Assembly: GCF_001194135.2 (NCBI RefSeq)
Contig: NC_068983.1
Span: 59,013,916-59,056,403, forward strand
Length of the DNA: 42,488 nucleotides
Origin: Octopus bimaculoides
Taxonomy: Eukaryota
Direction: 5' to 3'
How positions within the stretch are numbered: the stretch's first letter is position 1; each line of letters starts with the position of its first letter. Positions 10,880 to 22,168 of the stretch are shown piece after piece. The notes beneath the pieces are model-generated. The model saw nothing but the letters and a program-made list of their open reading frames with translations, did not search any database and was not told where the DNA came from. Made by a program: the position numbers and the translations under genes.

Positions 10880-11400
10880 CAGATTTGGCAAGTTTTCTAC
10901 GGCTGGATACCCTTCCTAATGCCAACCACTCTAAAAGTGTAGTTGGTGTTTTTTACATGCCACCAACATTGGCCATAACTATGGTCTCACTTAAGTTGAC
11001 AGGTCAACACAAGCATGGTATATCACCAAGAGTCTTGGTTACCTCCATGGGGCCCAACACTTGAATGGTGCTTTTTACATGCCACCAGCACAGGTGCCAG
11101 TCAGATGGTACTGGCATCATCCACAACTACGATTTCACTCAGTTTGACAGATCTTCACAAGCACAGCATATCGCCCAACGATTGAAAAGTTCTTTTAATG
11201 GGCTGGTTATGCAATACTGGCATTGGCCATGACTATGATCTCACTCAACTTGATGTCACTGCCTCCATGAAGCTCAACGTACAAATGGTGCTTTTTATAT
11301 GCCACCGGCACATGTGCCAGTCAGATGGCACAGGCATCAGTCACAACCACGATTTCACTCAGTTTGACTGGTCTTCACAAGCACAGCATATCACCCAATG
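10880..11400 (-). mobile_element. RTE-type LINE 3' region with three iterations of the ORF2-end motif
   Basis: The motif ttgac(a/t)g(g/a)tc..cacaagca(c/t)..atatc recurs at ~10996, ~11144 and ~11364, interleaved with gcttttt(t)acatgccacc units; 3' block at 10880-10975. Confidence 0.75.
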
Positions 11401-11974
11401 ACTGGGTAGAGTAATTTTCTTTTTATTTTGATTCATTAATATTTCAGCCAAGATTGAATCAAATATTTCTTCTGATTAGTTGACAGAGTGAGTGGGAAGC
11501 ATATTAAACACAATCCATTTTGTGATTTTGTTGTTTGGATTTGCTACCTTTCTACCCTTCCTTTTACTTTAGATACTCGTTAGTGTCTGAAACAAATTTG
11601 AATTCACCCGATAATTGTCATTAATAGCGGAGTTCATTACAATCACTGCTGGCTGAAATGGCTTTAATTCTGTTTACTTCTGGGCAACAAAAATTGATAT
11701 CACTGTCCATAATTACTTATAGACACACCATTGTTGAATGTTTAAGAAGTTTATATCAGAACCATGAGTTCCAGGTTCAACTCCACCATACGAATTTATA
11801 TGGTATTGGGGGCAATTGTCTTTTAGCATTCACATGGGGCAACTGAATCCTTATGAATGAAACTGGGGAGACAGAAGGCACTAATTCTGTGAAATACTCA
11901 GCAACTTGGACAGTATTAATATTAATTCTACAGAAAACATGTCCAGTCTAGAGGAAAAATATTATTTTGTTTGG

Positions 11975-12130
11975 AAACAACTGAGGGTTGGCAACAGGAT
12001 GAGCACCCAACTGTGGAAAATCTGCCTCAACAAAACTGAAACCCATGCAAGCATGGTAAAGTAGATGTTAAAACAATGACGGTGAGAATGGCAACAATGG
12101 CAATGATGATGATGATGATGATGACAATGA
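11975..12130 (+). mobile_element. RTE-type 3' end variant
   Basis: gggttggcaacaggatgagcacccaactgtggaaaa...aacccatgcaagcatgg...gttaaaa followed by a (GAT)n-like tail. Confidence 0.6.
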
Positions 12131-12397
12131 TAATATTAATTGCTTTCCAAACAGTAAGATTATTATTACATAAACAAATGAACAAAATTATAAATTAGTT
12201 CTTAAATGTTGGTAATTGTGCAAAGAATTGTTACTACCAACATCATCCTGATTACCATTATTCTTTTTGTTCTTATTTCTATGTTGAAATGTCTTGGCAA
12301 GACACCACTTTACCATTCTCCTTAGGTTTGCACCATCTTTCATATAAGTCTTAACTCCCTTTCAGATTTAATCACACCGTTTCTTCCCCTGTCATTT

Positions 12398-12652
12398 TGT
12401 CTCTCGTTTTTACCCTCCTCATCTAATGGCTATTTCATCACTAAACGATATCACTACATAAAAAACCTATATGAAGACAATTACAACTACCTTTTATTAC
12501 CTTTCTTTCTTAGAACATTTCCCATGTCTTTCTGTCTCTCGTTTTTACCCCAATCATCTAACAGACATTTCATCAGTAACTAATATCACTGCATAACGAA
12601 TTTGTGTAAAGGCTATTACAACTACCTTTTATTACCATTCTCTCTTAGTACA
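12398..12652. repeat. Imperfect direct repeat, two ~120 bp units, period 135 bp
   Basis: 12398-12517 and 12533-12652 both run tgtctctcgtttttaccc...catctaa...atttcatca...atatcact...attacaactaccttttattacc.tt.t.tcttag.aca. Confidence 0.85.
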
Positions 12653-13396
12653 ATCCAGAAAGAAAGATGTTTTAGAACCGCATCAAGGAAATAGAGACCA
12701 TAAATATTTGTCAGAAGAAATCCTTCCCACATTTATTTATTTCTAAAGAAAACCGGTTAACAAACAAACAAAAATAATCAAATGACAGAGATCCAACCTA
12801 AAAGTAAGCACAAATGAATGCCCACCTTCACAACGACCAGAAAAAAAAAGACAATTCATTTGAAATATTAACAAAAAAAAAAAACAATCACTACAACTAA
12901 GAATAAATAAAAATACTGATTCCACAGACTCGCCTCACCATCCAAACAAGAACAATGCCTTCATAAACAACAACAACAGAAACAAACAAAAAATCCCATT
13001 GCAAATACATGATAGATAAAATAGTAAAGAAACATGAAGGAAATATCTGTTTATTTTCTCATATGTATAATTGAAGTCCCTAGCAGCAAATGTTGAGAAG
13101 CAAGATAATTTCTTGCAATACATTCTTCAACAATATACAATTTGATTATGTCCTTCATCATATTCTTTGCTGCTGCATTTATCAAAAAAAAAAAAAAATT
13201 AAAATAAAGGGCTATTTTTTAAATATTTCTTTTGCTTAACATATGTAAGTTTCCTTCCTTTTCTATAATCTCATTACTATATGGCTCTATCAACAAGCAA
13301 TTGAAGAAGGTGAAACAAAACCAAAAAAAACATATACATATACATATACAAAGGCACATATAGACCCCATACACATACAGTCATACAAGCATTCGC

Positions 13397-13397
<1 letters not shown>

Positions 13398-13449
<52 letters not shown>

Positions 13450-13453
13450 AATA
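13398..13453. repeat. (AAT)n microsatellite
   Basis: Near-perfect TAA run. Confidence 0.95.
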
Positions 13454-14102
13454 AAATTACAAAAGACACAACACTGCTTTTTTATTAGAACTTAGATGGT
13501 GAGTAATGTTCTCTTGAAATGTTATTTGTGAAGACAAGCATCTGCCAGGAATATGAAATAGTGAACAATATAAACTAATGCAAAGCTAACAAAGAAATGC
13601 CTACATAAAAAAAAAAAATGGATGAATGAGAAAGAGGTTTACCAGTAAATATACTAATCAAATGGCTTATATGTCTATATGCATAAATATATTCATGTTT
13701 CTTTGAATAATCAAAACTAAATAAAAGCCGTAACATGGCTGCTGAAATCCTCAGATTTAAGCTTGCTGTTACTGTGTTGTAATAGTTTCAAGTAAGCTTC
13801 AGTTTTAATGTAACGGTTTCAAGTTGATAACGGAGCAAACAATGGATTTTAAAAGAAAGAGAAAATTATTAGAGAAAACAACTGGGTTATAGCGAGAAGA
13901 AAATTCCCGAATCTGTTCCATTCATTGCTGATTTTGCGTTAAACAAACGATTTTTATGTGGTCCTTTCTTGGATTTTGGTAACCAAGCTGGAGATTATAT
14001 AAGATCATGATACCATATCTCTGCATATATTCAGGAACACTTCCTAACCATTCACAAGACTTTACTCAACATTAATTATCACTGGATGGATATACAGATA
14101 TT

Positions 14103-14472
14103 CTTTTATTCTTTTACTTGTTTCAGTCATTTGACTGCGGCCATGCTGGAGCACCACCTCTAGTCAAGCAAATCGACCTCAGAACTTATTCTTTGTAAGC
14201 CTAGTACTTATTCTATTGGTCCCTTTTGCTGAACTGCTAGCTTACAGGAACACAAGCACACCAGTATTGGTTGTCANNNNNNNNNNGCATATACACACGC
14301 ATACATGTCTATATATATATATACATATATATGATGGGCTTCTTTCAGCTTCCGTCTACCAAATCCACTCACAAGTTTTTGGTCGGCCCAAGGCTATAGT
14401 AGAAGATACTTGCCCAAGGTGCCACACAGAACCATGTGGTTGGTAAGCAAGCTACTTACCACACAGCCACTC
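14103..14472 (-). mobile_element. SINE-A, full length, with a 10-N gap at 14277-14286
   Basis: Reverse complement of head and tail; internal microsatellite next to the gap. Confidence 0.88.
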
Positions 14473-14580
14473 GTATGCCTATATATATATATTCTAAACT
14501 CATTCAGGATCTGGTGAGTACAAGTAAAACTATGCCTGGCTTAAAAGATTTCATAACACTGAAACATGTCTGGAGTCATA

Positions 14581-14925
14581 TCATCATCATTGTTTAACGT
14601 TCGTTTTCCGTGATGGCATGGGTTGGACGGTTTGACTGAAGTCTGGAGTGCCAGTGCCTGCACCAGTCTCTAATCTGATCTGCTATGTCTCTACAGCTGG
14701 ATGCTCTTCCTAACGCCAACCACTCCAAGAGTATAGTGGGTGCTTTCAACATGCCACTGGCACAGGAGCCAGTCAGGCAGGCCTAGCATCGATCATGTTT
14801 GGATAGTGCTTTTTACATGCCACCAGCACGGGGGTTAGTCAGGGGGTACTGGCATCGATCACGTTCGGATAATGCATTTTACATGCCACCAGCACAGGGG
14901 CTAGTCAGGGGGAACTGGCCACAGC
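14581..14925 (-). mobile_element. RTE-type 3' end with ~65 bp tandem subrepeats
   Basis: (CAT)n then ttgtttaacgttcgttttccgtgatggcatgggttggacgg; units catgccacyrgcacrggrgc...agtcagg at ~14750, ~14816 and ~14882. Confidence 0.8.
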
Positions 14926-14949
14926 TAATAATTCAATAATTCTTTCACA

Positions 14950-15327
14950 TTTTGGCACAAAGCCAGCAAAGGAAGGTGGGTAAATTGATTATATTGACTC
15001 CCAATTGGGTGAAAAGCAAAATCTTAATTAAAGAGCCCGAAATGCTCTTTGAGATGTTAACCATTCTGCCAGCTCACTAATTTCATAATAATAATAATAA
15101 TAATTATAATAGTTTCAAATTTTGGCACAAAGCCAGCAAGTTCAGGGGTGGGGGAAGTTGATTAGATTGACCCCAGTGTTTAACTGGTACTTATTTCATC
15201 GCGCCCCCGAAAGGATGAGAGGCAAAGTCAACCTCAGCGGAATTTGAACTCAGAACACAAGGACAGGCAAAACGCCACTAAGCATTTTGCCTAGCGTGCT
15301 AACAATTCTGCCAGCTTGCTTCCTTAA
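14950..15327 (-). mobile_element. Two SINE-B copies (14950-15078 deleted; 15118-15327 near complete)
   Basis: Both begin ttttggcacaaagccagcaa and end ttctgccagct. Confidence 0.8.
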
Positions 15328-15367
15328 TACTACTACTACTACTACTACTAATAATAATAATAATAAT

Positions 15368-15698
15368 CTGACAGGTTAGCTTGAGAGGTCAAGCAGTTGT
15401 GGTCGATGAAAAAGGTGGTAGTAGTACCAGTAATTGTCAGAGCCCTAGGAACAGTGAGTAAAAATCTTGAAGTACATAAAATAAGGAACGCAAATAAGGG
15501 TGGAGCACTGGCAGAAACCAGCACTGCTTGGAGCTGCTCGAATACTCTGGATGGTGCTTGAAAAATAATGGGTGTTATCTGAGTTCACTGGTAGGGAACA
15601 GCTGGCACCATAGTACATCTCCGGCGATAGAAGCTGTGCAAACACAATAAATAAATAAATAATAATAATAATAATAATAGTAATAATAATAATAATAT
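15368..15698 (+). mobile_element. 5'-truncated R4/Dong-like (restriction-like endonuclease) non-LTR retrotransposon 3' end within a TAA repeat
   Basis: DRLA*EVKQLWSMKKVVVVPVIVRALGTVSKNLE, then after a frameshift GTQIRVEHWQKPALLGAARILWMVLEK* (stop 15566-15568). This matches the R4/Dong C-terminal pattern W......PV.IGALG...LQK.ALLGTARILR.VL. Short 3' UTR, (TAAA)/(TAA)n tail, and (TAA)n also on the 5' side. Confidence 0.82.
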
Positions 15699-16053
15699 AG
15701 GGCTCAGATGCACTACAGTTCATAAGAAAAACAACAGAAGAGGGAACAGAAAGAAGAGTCAGTCAAGTGAAAAAGGACAGCAATGGAAGCTAAAAGATGC
15801 ATAATACAAGAATAAAATACAAAAAGAGAGAAAAGTGAACATTAAAAGAGTCATAAAGAAGAACGGTTGCATAGACATGTCAGAAGTTGTGTTGGTGAAT
15901 TTTGGGAAACGTGGAATTTTTGAAGGATGCAGTGTCCTGACAGCTAACAATTGTTGTAAGTTGTTTATTCCATGCTTTGATAATTTTGTGCATGAGAAAG
16001 TGTTTCCAAAAGTCATGAGTGCTGTGTTGTTGTGTTTTTTTTTTTTTACATAT

Positions 16054-16655
16054 AGGTGCAATCATGGTTGTGTGGAAAGAAGCTTGCTTTCCAACCACAT
16101 AGTTCTGGGTTCAGTCCTACTGTGTGGCACCTTGGGCAAGAGTGTTCTACTATTGTCTCAGGCCGACCAAAGCCTTGTGAGTGGATTTGGTAGATGGAAA
16201 CTGAAAGAAGCCTGTTGTGTGCATATATATTTATATATATTTGTTTGCAGTCGTTTTTGCAAATGTTTGCAATCGTGTATGCTTGTGAGCACACAATGTT
16301 CCTGAAGGTCGGCAATGGTCTTCCTCGGTCACAAGTGGACGGCCATCATATATATATATAGATATATGGGAGAATTTACGAAAAAAACAACAGACGAAGA
16401 CAGGTGGTGTAAACAACAAACGGATGTATTATATATACATACATGTGTGTCTTTGTCTGTGCTTGCTCCCACCACTGCTTGACAACTGGTGTTAGTGTGT
16501 CTACATCCCTGTAACTTAGCAGTACAACAAAAAGAGACTGATAAAATAAATGTGAGGCTTAAAAAAGAAAAGTCTTGGGGTCGATTTGTTCAACTAAAAC
16601 CCTTCAAGGTGGTGCCCCAGCATGGCCGCAGGCAAATGCCTGAAACAAGTAAAAA
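16054..16655 (+). mobile_element. SINE-A interrupted in its internal microsatellite by unrelated sequence
   Basis: 5' half at 16054-16250, foreign sequence at ~16290-16435 and 3' half at 16440-16655. Confidence 0.8.
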
Positions 16656-17580
16656 AAAAATAAATAAGAACCTTTTTTTTTTAAAGTTTTGTTCTACACA
16701 GCATCCCTGTAATGAGAAAGGCAGTTGTTTTCCTAAATGCTTGAAAGAGAAATATGAAATAGTAATATCAGTAATCATTCTATGGCTTAGCAAGAGAATG
16801 AAGAGCAGTGAGAAGCCTTGGGGAATAGTGGGAGGAAGGGAGAAAGTGACTCTTAGGATCAGAGACCTTGCTCAAATCCTTTTATCAAAGTGATCTCCAC
16901 TAAGTACAACCATGAGCCAGGCAATGCTGTTAGGTAATGGATTAAGTTAACCAGTGAACCTCTTAACCATACAGTTATGCCTACATCTATTAGTATTTCA
17001 TAGAATTAAGAAATATTTAATCTTTTAAGCAGGGACTTTAATATGTTAAGTAATTCACCCATGTGAAATGTTCAATTATAAAACATCTGTCTTAGCTGAT
17101 TTAATTTATTATTGGTTCTTTCAGCTTACAAGTGATACATATGCTTAGCTACTCACTTTATATTGTGAATTGTCTTTATAGCATAGAAATTGCACTGCTT
17201 CTAACACAGTTCTTGAACAATCAGGATCCAATATTTGGTTGTCACTTCAACAGTTAATTCAATGTATGAACAGTTTAACAGCCTTCTAAAACTTTAGGCT
17301 TACAAATAAGATCGATAAAATACCTTTAGAGTGATGTGGATAGAGAGTATAGTTTGTAACTATATGGTCTCAAGTTCTATTTCGTTGTGTAGTACCCTAG
17401 CCAAGAGTTTTTATTATAGCACTTTGTACTAACTAAAGCCTTCTGAATGGATTTGCATAGGAGAAACTGTGTGAAATCTCAATATGTATAAATATCATAT
17501 TTTGTTGCTTGGTAGACATTACATGGTGGAAATACAACCTGATTTTGAAAATGTAATTCCAGGAAAATTTTTTTATAATT

Positions 17581-17848
17581 ACTCTTTTACTCTTTTACTT
17601 GTTTCAGTCATTTGACTGTGGCCATGTTGGAGCACCGCCTTTAGTCGAGCAAATCGACCCCCAGGACTTATTCTTTGTAAGCCTAGTACTTATTCTATCG
17701 GTCTCTTTTGCCGAACCGCTAGGTTACGGGGACGTAAACACACCAACATCGGTTGTCAAGCAATGTTGGGGACACACACACATACATATATACACACACA
17801 AACATATATATATATATATATATACACATACATTTATATACGACGGGT
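17581..17848 (-). mobile_element. SINE-A 3' half, ending just past the microsatellite
   Basis: tttacttgtttcagtcatttgactgtggccatg...ttgtcaagcaatgttgggg, then (CA)/(TA), then cgacggg. Confidence 0.88.
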
Positions 17849-17876
17849 GAATGGTGGTTATTACTTTTTAATCTTG

Positions 17877-18080
17877 GTAAGGCGGTGAGCTGGCAGAATC
17901 GTTAGCATGCTGGATGAAATGCTTAGCAGTATGTTGCCCATTGCTTTGTTCTGAGTTCGAATTCCACTGAGGTCGACTTTGCTTTTCATCCTTTCAGGGT
18001 TAATAAAATAAGTACCAGTTGAACACTGGGGTCAATGTAGTCAACTCATCCCCACCTCCTTGTGGCAAAAATTTGAAATA
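17877..18080 (+). mobile_element. SINE-B
   Basis: ggcggtgagctggcagaatcgttagc...gagttcgaattcc..gaggtcgactttgcttttcatcctttcagggttaataaaataagtaccag. Confidence 0.88.
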
Positions 18081-18097
18081 ATTATTTATCAATCATG

Positions 18098-18388
18098 GCA
18101 TCAACCAGACTATTGGATGTTGTTATACATCGCTGGTCACAGTGTGCTTTGCATTGATTTCAATTTTGAATAATGCCACCCTGCAGGCAAGGAGAACAGG
18201 CCAACATTCCCCCCTCAGTCGAAAGCCAGTCTGTCGGTGGGGTGACCCATGTACAGTTGAGTGTACTGGAACAACATAAAATGAAGTATTTTGCTCAAGA
18301 ACATGACATGTTGCCCAGTTTGGGAATTGAACTCATGATCCAGCAATCATGAGTGTAACACCCTAAGCACTAGGCCACACATCTTCAC
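18098..18388 (-). mobile_element. SINE-C
   Basis: Reverse complement of the 6686-6960 family (agttgagtgtactgg...aatgaagtattttgctcaagaac...ggaattgaac...cactaggcca). Confidence 0.8.
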
Positions 18389-18579
18389 ATTTTCATTTTT
18401 TTTTCTTTTTGCTAATTAACATTTCAGATGTTTTTCATTATGTAAAAGAGACAGGCAGAGAGCCAGGAATTGAACTCGCTACCTCCCAATCACAAACTGA
18501 TAACCCTAACAATTACTTTGACCACGTGACTTCAAAGTAGATGCTTAATGGTTATTATTTCATTAATGTCTTTAGATTC

Positions 18580-18580
<1 letters not shown>

Positions 18581-18629
<49 letters not shown>
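18581..18629. repeat. (TTA)n microsatellite
   Basis: Perfect TTA run. Confidence 0.95.
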
Positions 18630-18631
<2 letters not shown>

Positions 18632-19109
18632 CAAATCAAACAGATCCTATGGTGATCAATTGATGAGAGTTATTTATGGATTAGATAAATAGTTTTGAAC
18701 TGAATAACACTGTATCATATAGATAAAAATCACTTTAAACGTGATTGAAATAACCATTTGCTATGATGACATCAAACAGGAATGGTGGTATTGACCAAGC
18801 CCAATAATATATAGGCCAACAGACAGAAAACAACAACAGCACTTTATAACATTGGAGAGTCAACATCAATATTGATCACTTACATCATTACTATCAACAT
18901 TATTATCTTCATCATTGTTTGGTTAATGTTTTCCTTTTCTGAGCTTGCATGCCTCAGATGGAATCGGTTAAGTTATATTTTCTACAGCTGGGTGCCTCCT
19001 TCTTCTCACCAATCCACATCTTTTACCAAGGTAACATTCCCACATGGCCAGACCTGTTTTTTCGCAGAAGGAAGGAACGGTAATACTTATTTACAATGAC
19101 CACCTGATA

Positions 19110-19436
19110 GGTAGGGGGGCTCCGAAAGGGGTCTCAGGGAGTAGTGTCCCTGCCTCCCTGAGCTAGTTTTCCACCACATTTCTTAAAAATCGTGGTTGGG
19201 GCCCTGGTCTCAGGACCACTCATGTTTAGAAACTGAGGTTTGAAGTAAGCAAGGGCATGCTCCCCATAGAAAATCCAGCTCCAAAAAAGCCTCATGATAG
19301 CAAAAGAGAATGGGCACCAGCCAGCCCAAAGGTTGGGGTGGACTGCCTCAGTTGATATGGCATTGAGGTAGATCTGGCCACCCTCGTTAACAGGGACAAA
19401 ACCTGGATTTAAAACACTGGATGATGATGATGATGT
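19110..19436 (+). mobile_element. Probable 3' UTR/end of another LINE-like family
   Basis: GC-richer block ending aaaacactgg(atg)n, a tail type shared with RTE ends; no protein motif recognised. Confidence 0.4.
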
Positions 19437-19544
19437 CAAGGAGACATGAACAGACACACATGCATACATCTTCATTTTTTTCTCTCCCTTCTTTCACCAT
19501 CTGAGGAAGCCATGACTCTTTCCTAATGCAAGACACCTTTCTGT

Positions 19545-19935
19545 CCCTCAATCCTGTTCCCTCCAGTTGAAGGGGTTCTTGTCCTGCAAGTCACTTGGTG
19601 ACCTCACTGCTACTGGTGCTACATAAAAAGCAACCAGTAAACTTTGTAAAGTGGTTGGCACAAGGAAGGGCAGCCAGCTGTAGAAACTATGCCAAAACAG
19701 ACAGTAAAGTTTGGTGAAGCCTTCTGATTTTCCAGTTCCTGTCAAACCATCCTACCCATGCCAGCATGGAAAATGGAAGTCGAATGGTGACAAAGATACA
19801 TACAGGCATACAATGGGCTTCTTTCAGTTTCTGTCTACCAAATCCATGCACAAGGCTTTGGTCATCCTGAGAATCCACACAGTAGGACGGAACCTGAAAC
19901 CATGTGGTTGGAAATCATACAACTTAACCACTACC
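19545..19935. mobile_element. RTE-type 3' end (+, 19545-19790) abutting a SINE-A 5' half (-, 19812-19935)
   Basis: ggttggcacaaggaagggcagccagctgtagaaac...ccatgccagcatggaaa; then ggcttctttcagtttctgtctaccaaatcc...gaaaccatgtggttgg. Confidence 0.75.
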
Positions 19936-19937
19936 TC

Positions 19938-20089
19938 TTTCATGTTCAAACTGGCCTGATCCAGCATCTCACACCTATCCTACAATGCCATTTTAAAAAT
20001 AATCACATCGAAATCTTGAAATCACAAGATGATGCATGATTAATTCAAAAAAGCATTAGATTTAACAGAAGAATCTGAATGCTAAAGGG
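19938..20089 (-). mobile_element. Partial piggyBac-type MITE (same family as 41922-42141)
   Basis: Ends aatgctaaaggg|TTAA; the interior is the reverse complement of the 41922-42141 interior (catgttcaaactggcc..gatccagcatctcacacctatcc). Confidence 0.75.
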
Positions 20090-20436
20090 TTAATTAAAAT
20101 GATATTGTTAATGATGAGAAAAATCATGATACAATTTTACCAGTTCTGGTCATAAATGGCAAAGGAGACAACCCTGAAATTTTAATTAGTCTTTTACTTA
20201 TTTCAATCATTGGAATGTAGCCATGCTTGAGCACAACTTGGAGGGGTTAATTATTTGAATGAACCCCAGTATTTCTCTCTATGTTAGGTACTTATTTTAT
20301 CAATCTTGTTTATTACTATTATTTTTTTTTTTTGAACTGCTAATTTACAGGGTTGTAATCAAAGCTCACTAATTATCAAGCAGTGAGAGACAAAGACAAA
20401 TACAAATATACTCACACACAAACAAACACACACATA

Positions 20437-20683
20437 CTGGGCGTGCAAAAGTAGATATACAGTTATGAAAAAAAGAAAACACGTTTAATACCCATTAATT
20501 TTTATATAAAATTGTTAAAAGTTACAATAAAATAATCATTATAGTTATGATAAATGTATTATGATTAATGACACTGAAAATATCAAAAATGAGGCTAACT
20601 TTTAATTTTTTTTTGATAAAAATAAATGAGTACTGTATGTGTTTTCTTTTTTCATAACTATATACCTACTTTTGCACTCCCTG
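20437..20683. mobile_element. Tc1/mariner-type MITE, 247 bp
   Basis: ~45 bp TIRs: TA|ctgggcgtgcaaaagtagatatacagttatgaaaaaaagaaaacac vs the reverse complement of the right end cagggagtgcaaaagtaggtatatagttatgaaaaaagaaaacac; AT-rich interior; right TA appears mutated to CA. Confidence 0.85.
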
Positions 20684-20842
20684 CATGTATGTGTGTATGT
20701 ATATGTATACATATGCGTGTTACAAAAATTATCATTAATGTTTCAAAAACATCATTGCTTACAGCAGTTTTGACAAGCCCAATGCTCACAAGCTGATCAT
20801 TATTAAAAACGATAATTATAGTATAAAACTGTGTTATTATTA

Positions 20843-21380
20843 CAGGGTAACCCCAAAAAATGAGAACCCACAAATCTTTGAATAAAACGACACAAATGAA
20901 TAGATCGAGATTAACAGTGGTTCTAGCAAGACGGGGCCAAAACTCCCACCCTCCACACATCAAATGACTCCCTGGTCTGGCTGAGAGAGTGATTTCAGGA
21001 GAGACTGATGAGCAGGAAGTGTGACGTTGAGTGGGCATCACATTCACCAGACTTGAAACCTCACCAGATTTTTAGCTGTAGGGGTATCTCAAGAATAATG
21101 TTTACCAGAACAACACACAAATGATTGGTGAACTTAAGGCAAAAATCACAGCAGAAATCAGTAAAATCCCCAAAGAGGAATGTGTCTGAGTAATTGACAA
21201 TTTTGCACGACGTATGCAAGTGTTTGCGCAATGTATGCCATTTTGGAGCATATTTCGAAAAGAACGTGATTTTTATGTAAAAGGAATGATCATACACAAA
21301 CTGAAGTTTAAGTCCAGGAAATTTCTTGAAATTTGCTGGACCTTTGTAGGGTTTAATAATATTTTCATGGGGTCACCCTG
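20843..21380 (+). mobile_element. Internally deleted Tc1/mariner (DDxD) transposon with a transposase C-terminal remnant
   Basis: TA|cagggtaacccc...ggggtcaccctg|TA termini. From 20915: QWF*QDGA...HTSNDSLVWLRE*FQERLMSRKCDVEWASHSPDL, frameshift, PDF*L*GYLKNNVYQNN...ELKAKITAEISKIPKEECV*VIDNFARRMQV. Confidence 0.9.
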
Positions 21381-21391
21381 TATTTACTATT

Positions 21392-21712
21392 ATATGTTTG
21401 TTGTTGAGGAAGAACAAGGACATCCCATGGGAGAAGATGACAGAGCACAGTGTGTCCAGCTGTGGTCAATCTGTCCAATGCATGTTTGGAAGGCTCTACC
21501 ACTAGTTGGGCACTGGTTGTCTGCTAGCAATGAAGATGAGAAGCTGGCTCTTGACTTGCGTAGTTCACATTTTCATTGTGCCCCTGCAATTCTCTTTTGT
21601 TTATAGGAGATGGCATCTCTGATGGTGCAGTTTCACTAGGCAGGGTGGTTTTGGGCTTGCATTTCCTGGTGTCAGGTTTGATCTCAAAGCTCTTTCATCT
21701 TTCAAGCTGTAT
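21392..21712 (-). mobile_element. BovB-like RTE LINE ORF C-terminus remnant
   Basis: Minus strand SFEIKPDT, frameshift, AQNHPA**NCTIRDAISYKQKRIAGAQ*KCELRKSRASFSSSLLADNQCPTSGRAFQTCIGQIDHSWTH: a decayed C-terminal C2H2-type motif (CP.CGR.F...IGL.SH...H) typical of RTE/BovB. Confidence 0.75.
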
Positions 21713-21796
21713 ATGACATGAATAAAAACAACATTCTCATGGAACTATTATAACATAAATTTATCTTCATTATTAATGATAACAATGATATGCTTT

Positions 21797-22168
21797 TATT
21801 CTTTTATTTGTTTCAGTCATTTGACTGCGACCATGTTGGAGCACTGCCTTTAGTCGAATAACTCGACCCCAGGACTTTGTAAGCCTAGTATTTATTCTAT
21901 CGGTCTCTTTTGCCAAACCGCTAAGTTACGGGGACATAAACACACCAGCATCAGTTGTCAAGTGATGGTGGGGTAACAAACACAGACACAGACACAGACA
22001 CACACACACACATATATATACGACAGGCTTCTTTCAGTTTCCATTTACCAAATCCACTCACAAGGCTTTGGTCAGCCTGAGGCTATAGCAGAAGACACGC
22101 AAGGTACCACGCAGTGGGACTGAACCCAGAACCATGTGGTTGGGAAGCATGCTTCTTACCACACTGCC
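21797..22168 (-). mobile_element. SINE-A, full length
   Basis: Tail, internal (CA)/(TA) tract and head are all present on the minus strand. Confidence 0.88.

Noticed and set aside
18975-19040. Apparent 43 nt exon with a good acceptor and donor
   Set aside because: The acceptor is the ttttctacagctgg motif of the reversed RTE 3' block, so it is repeat-derived.
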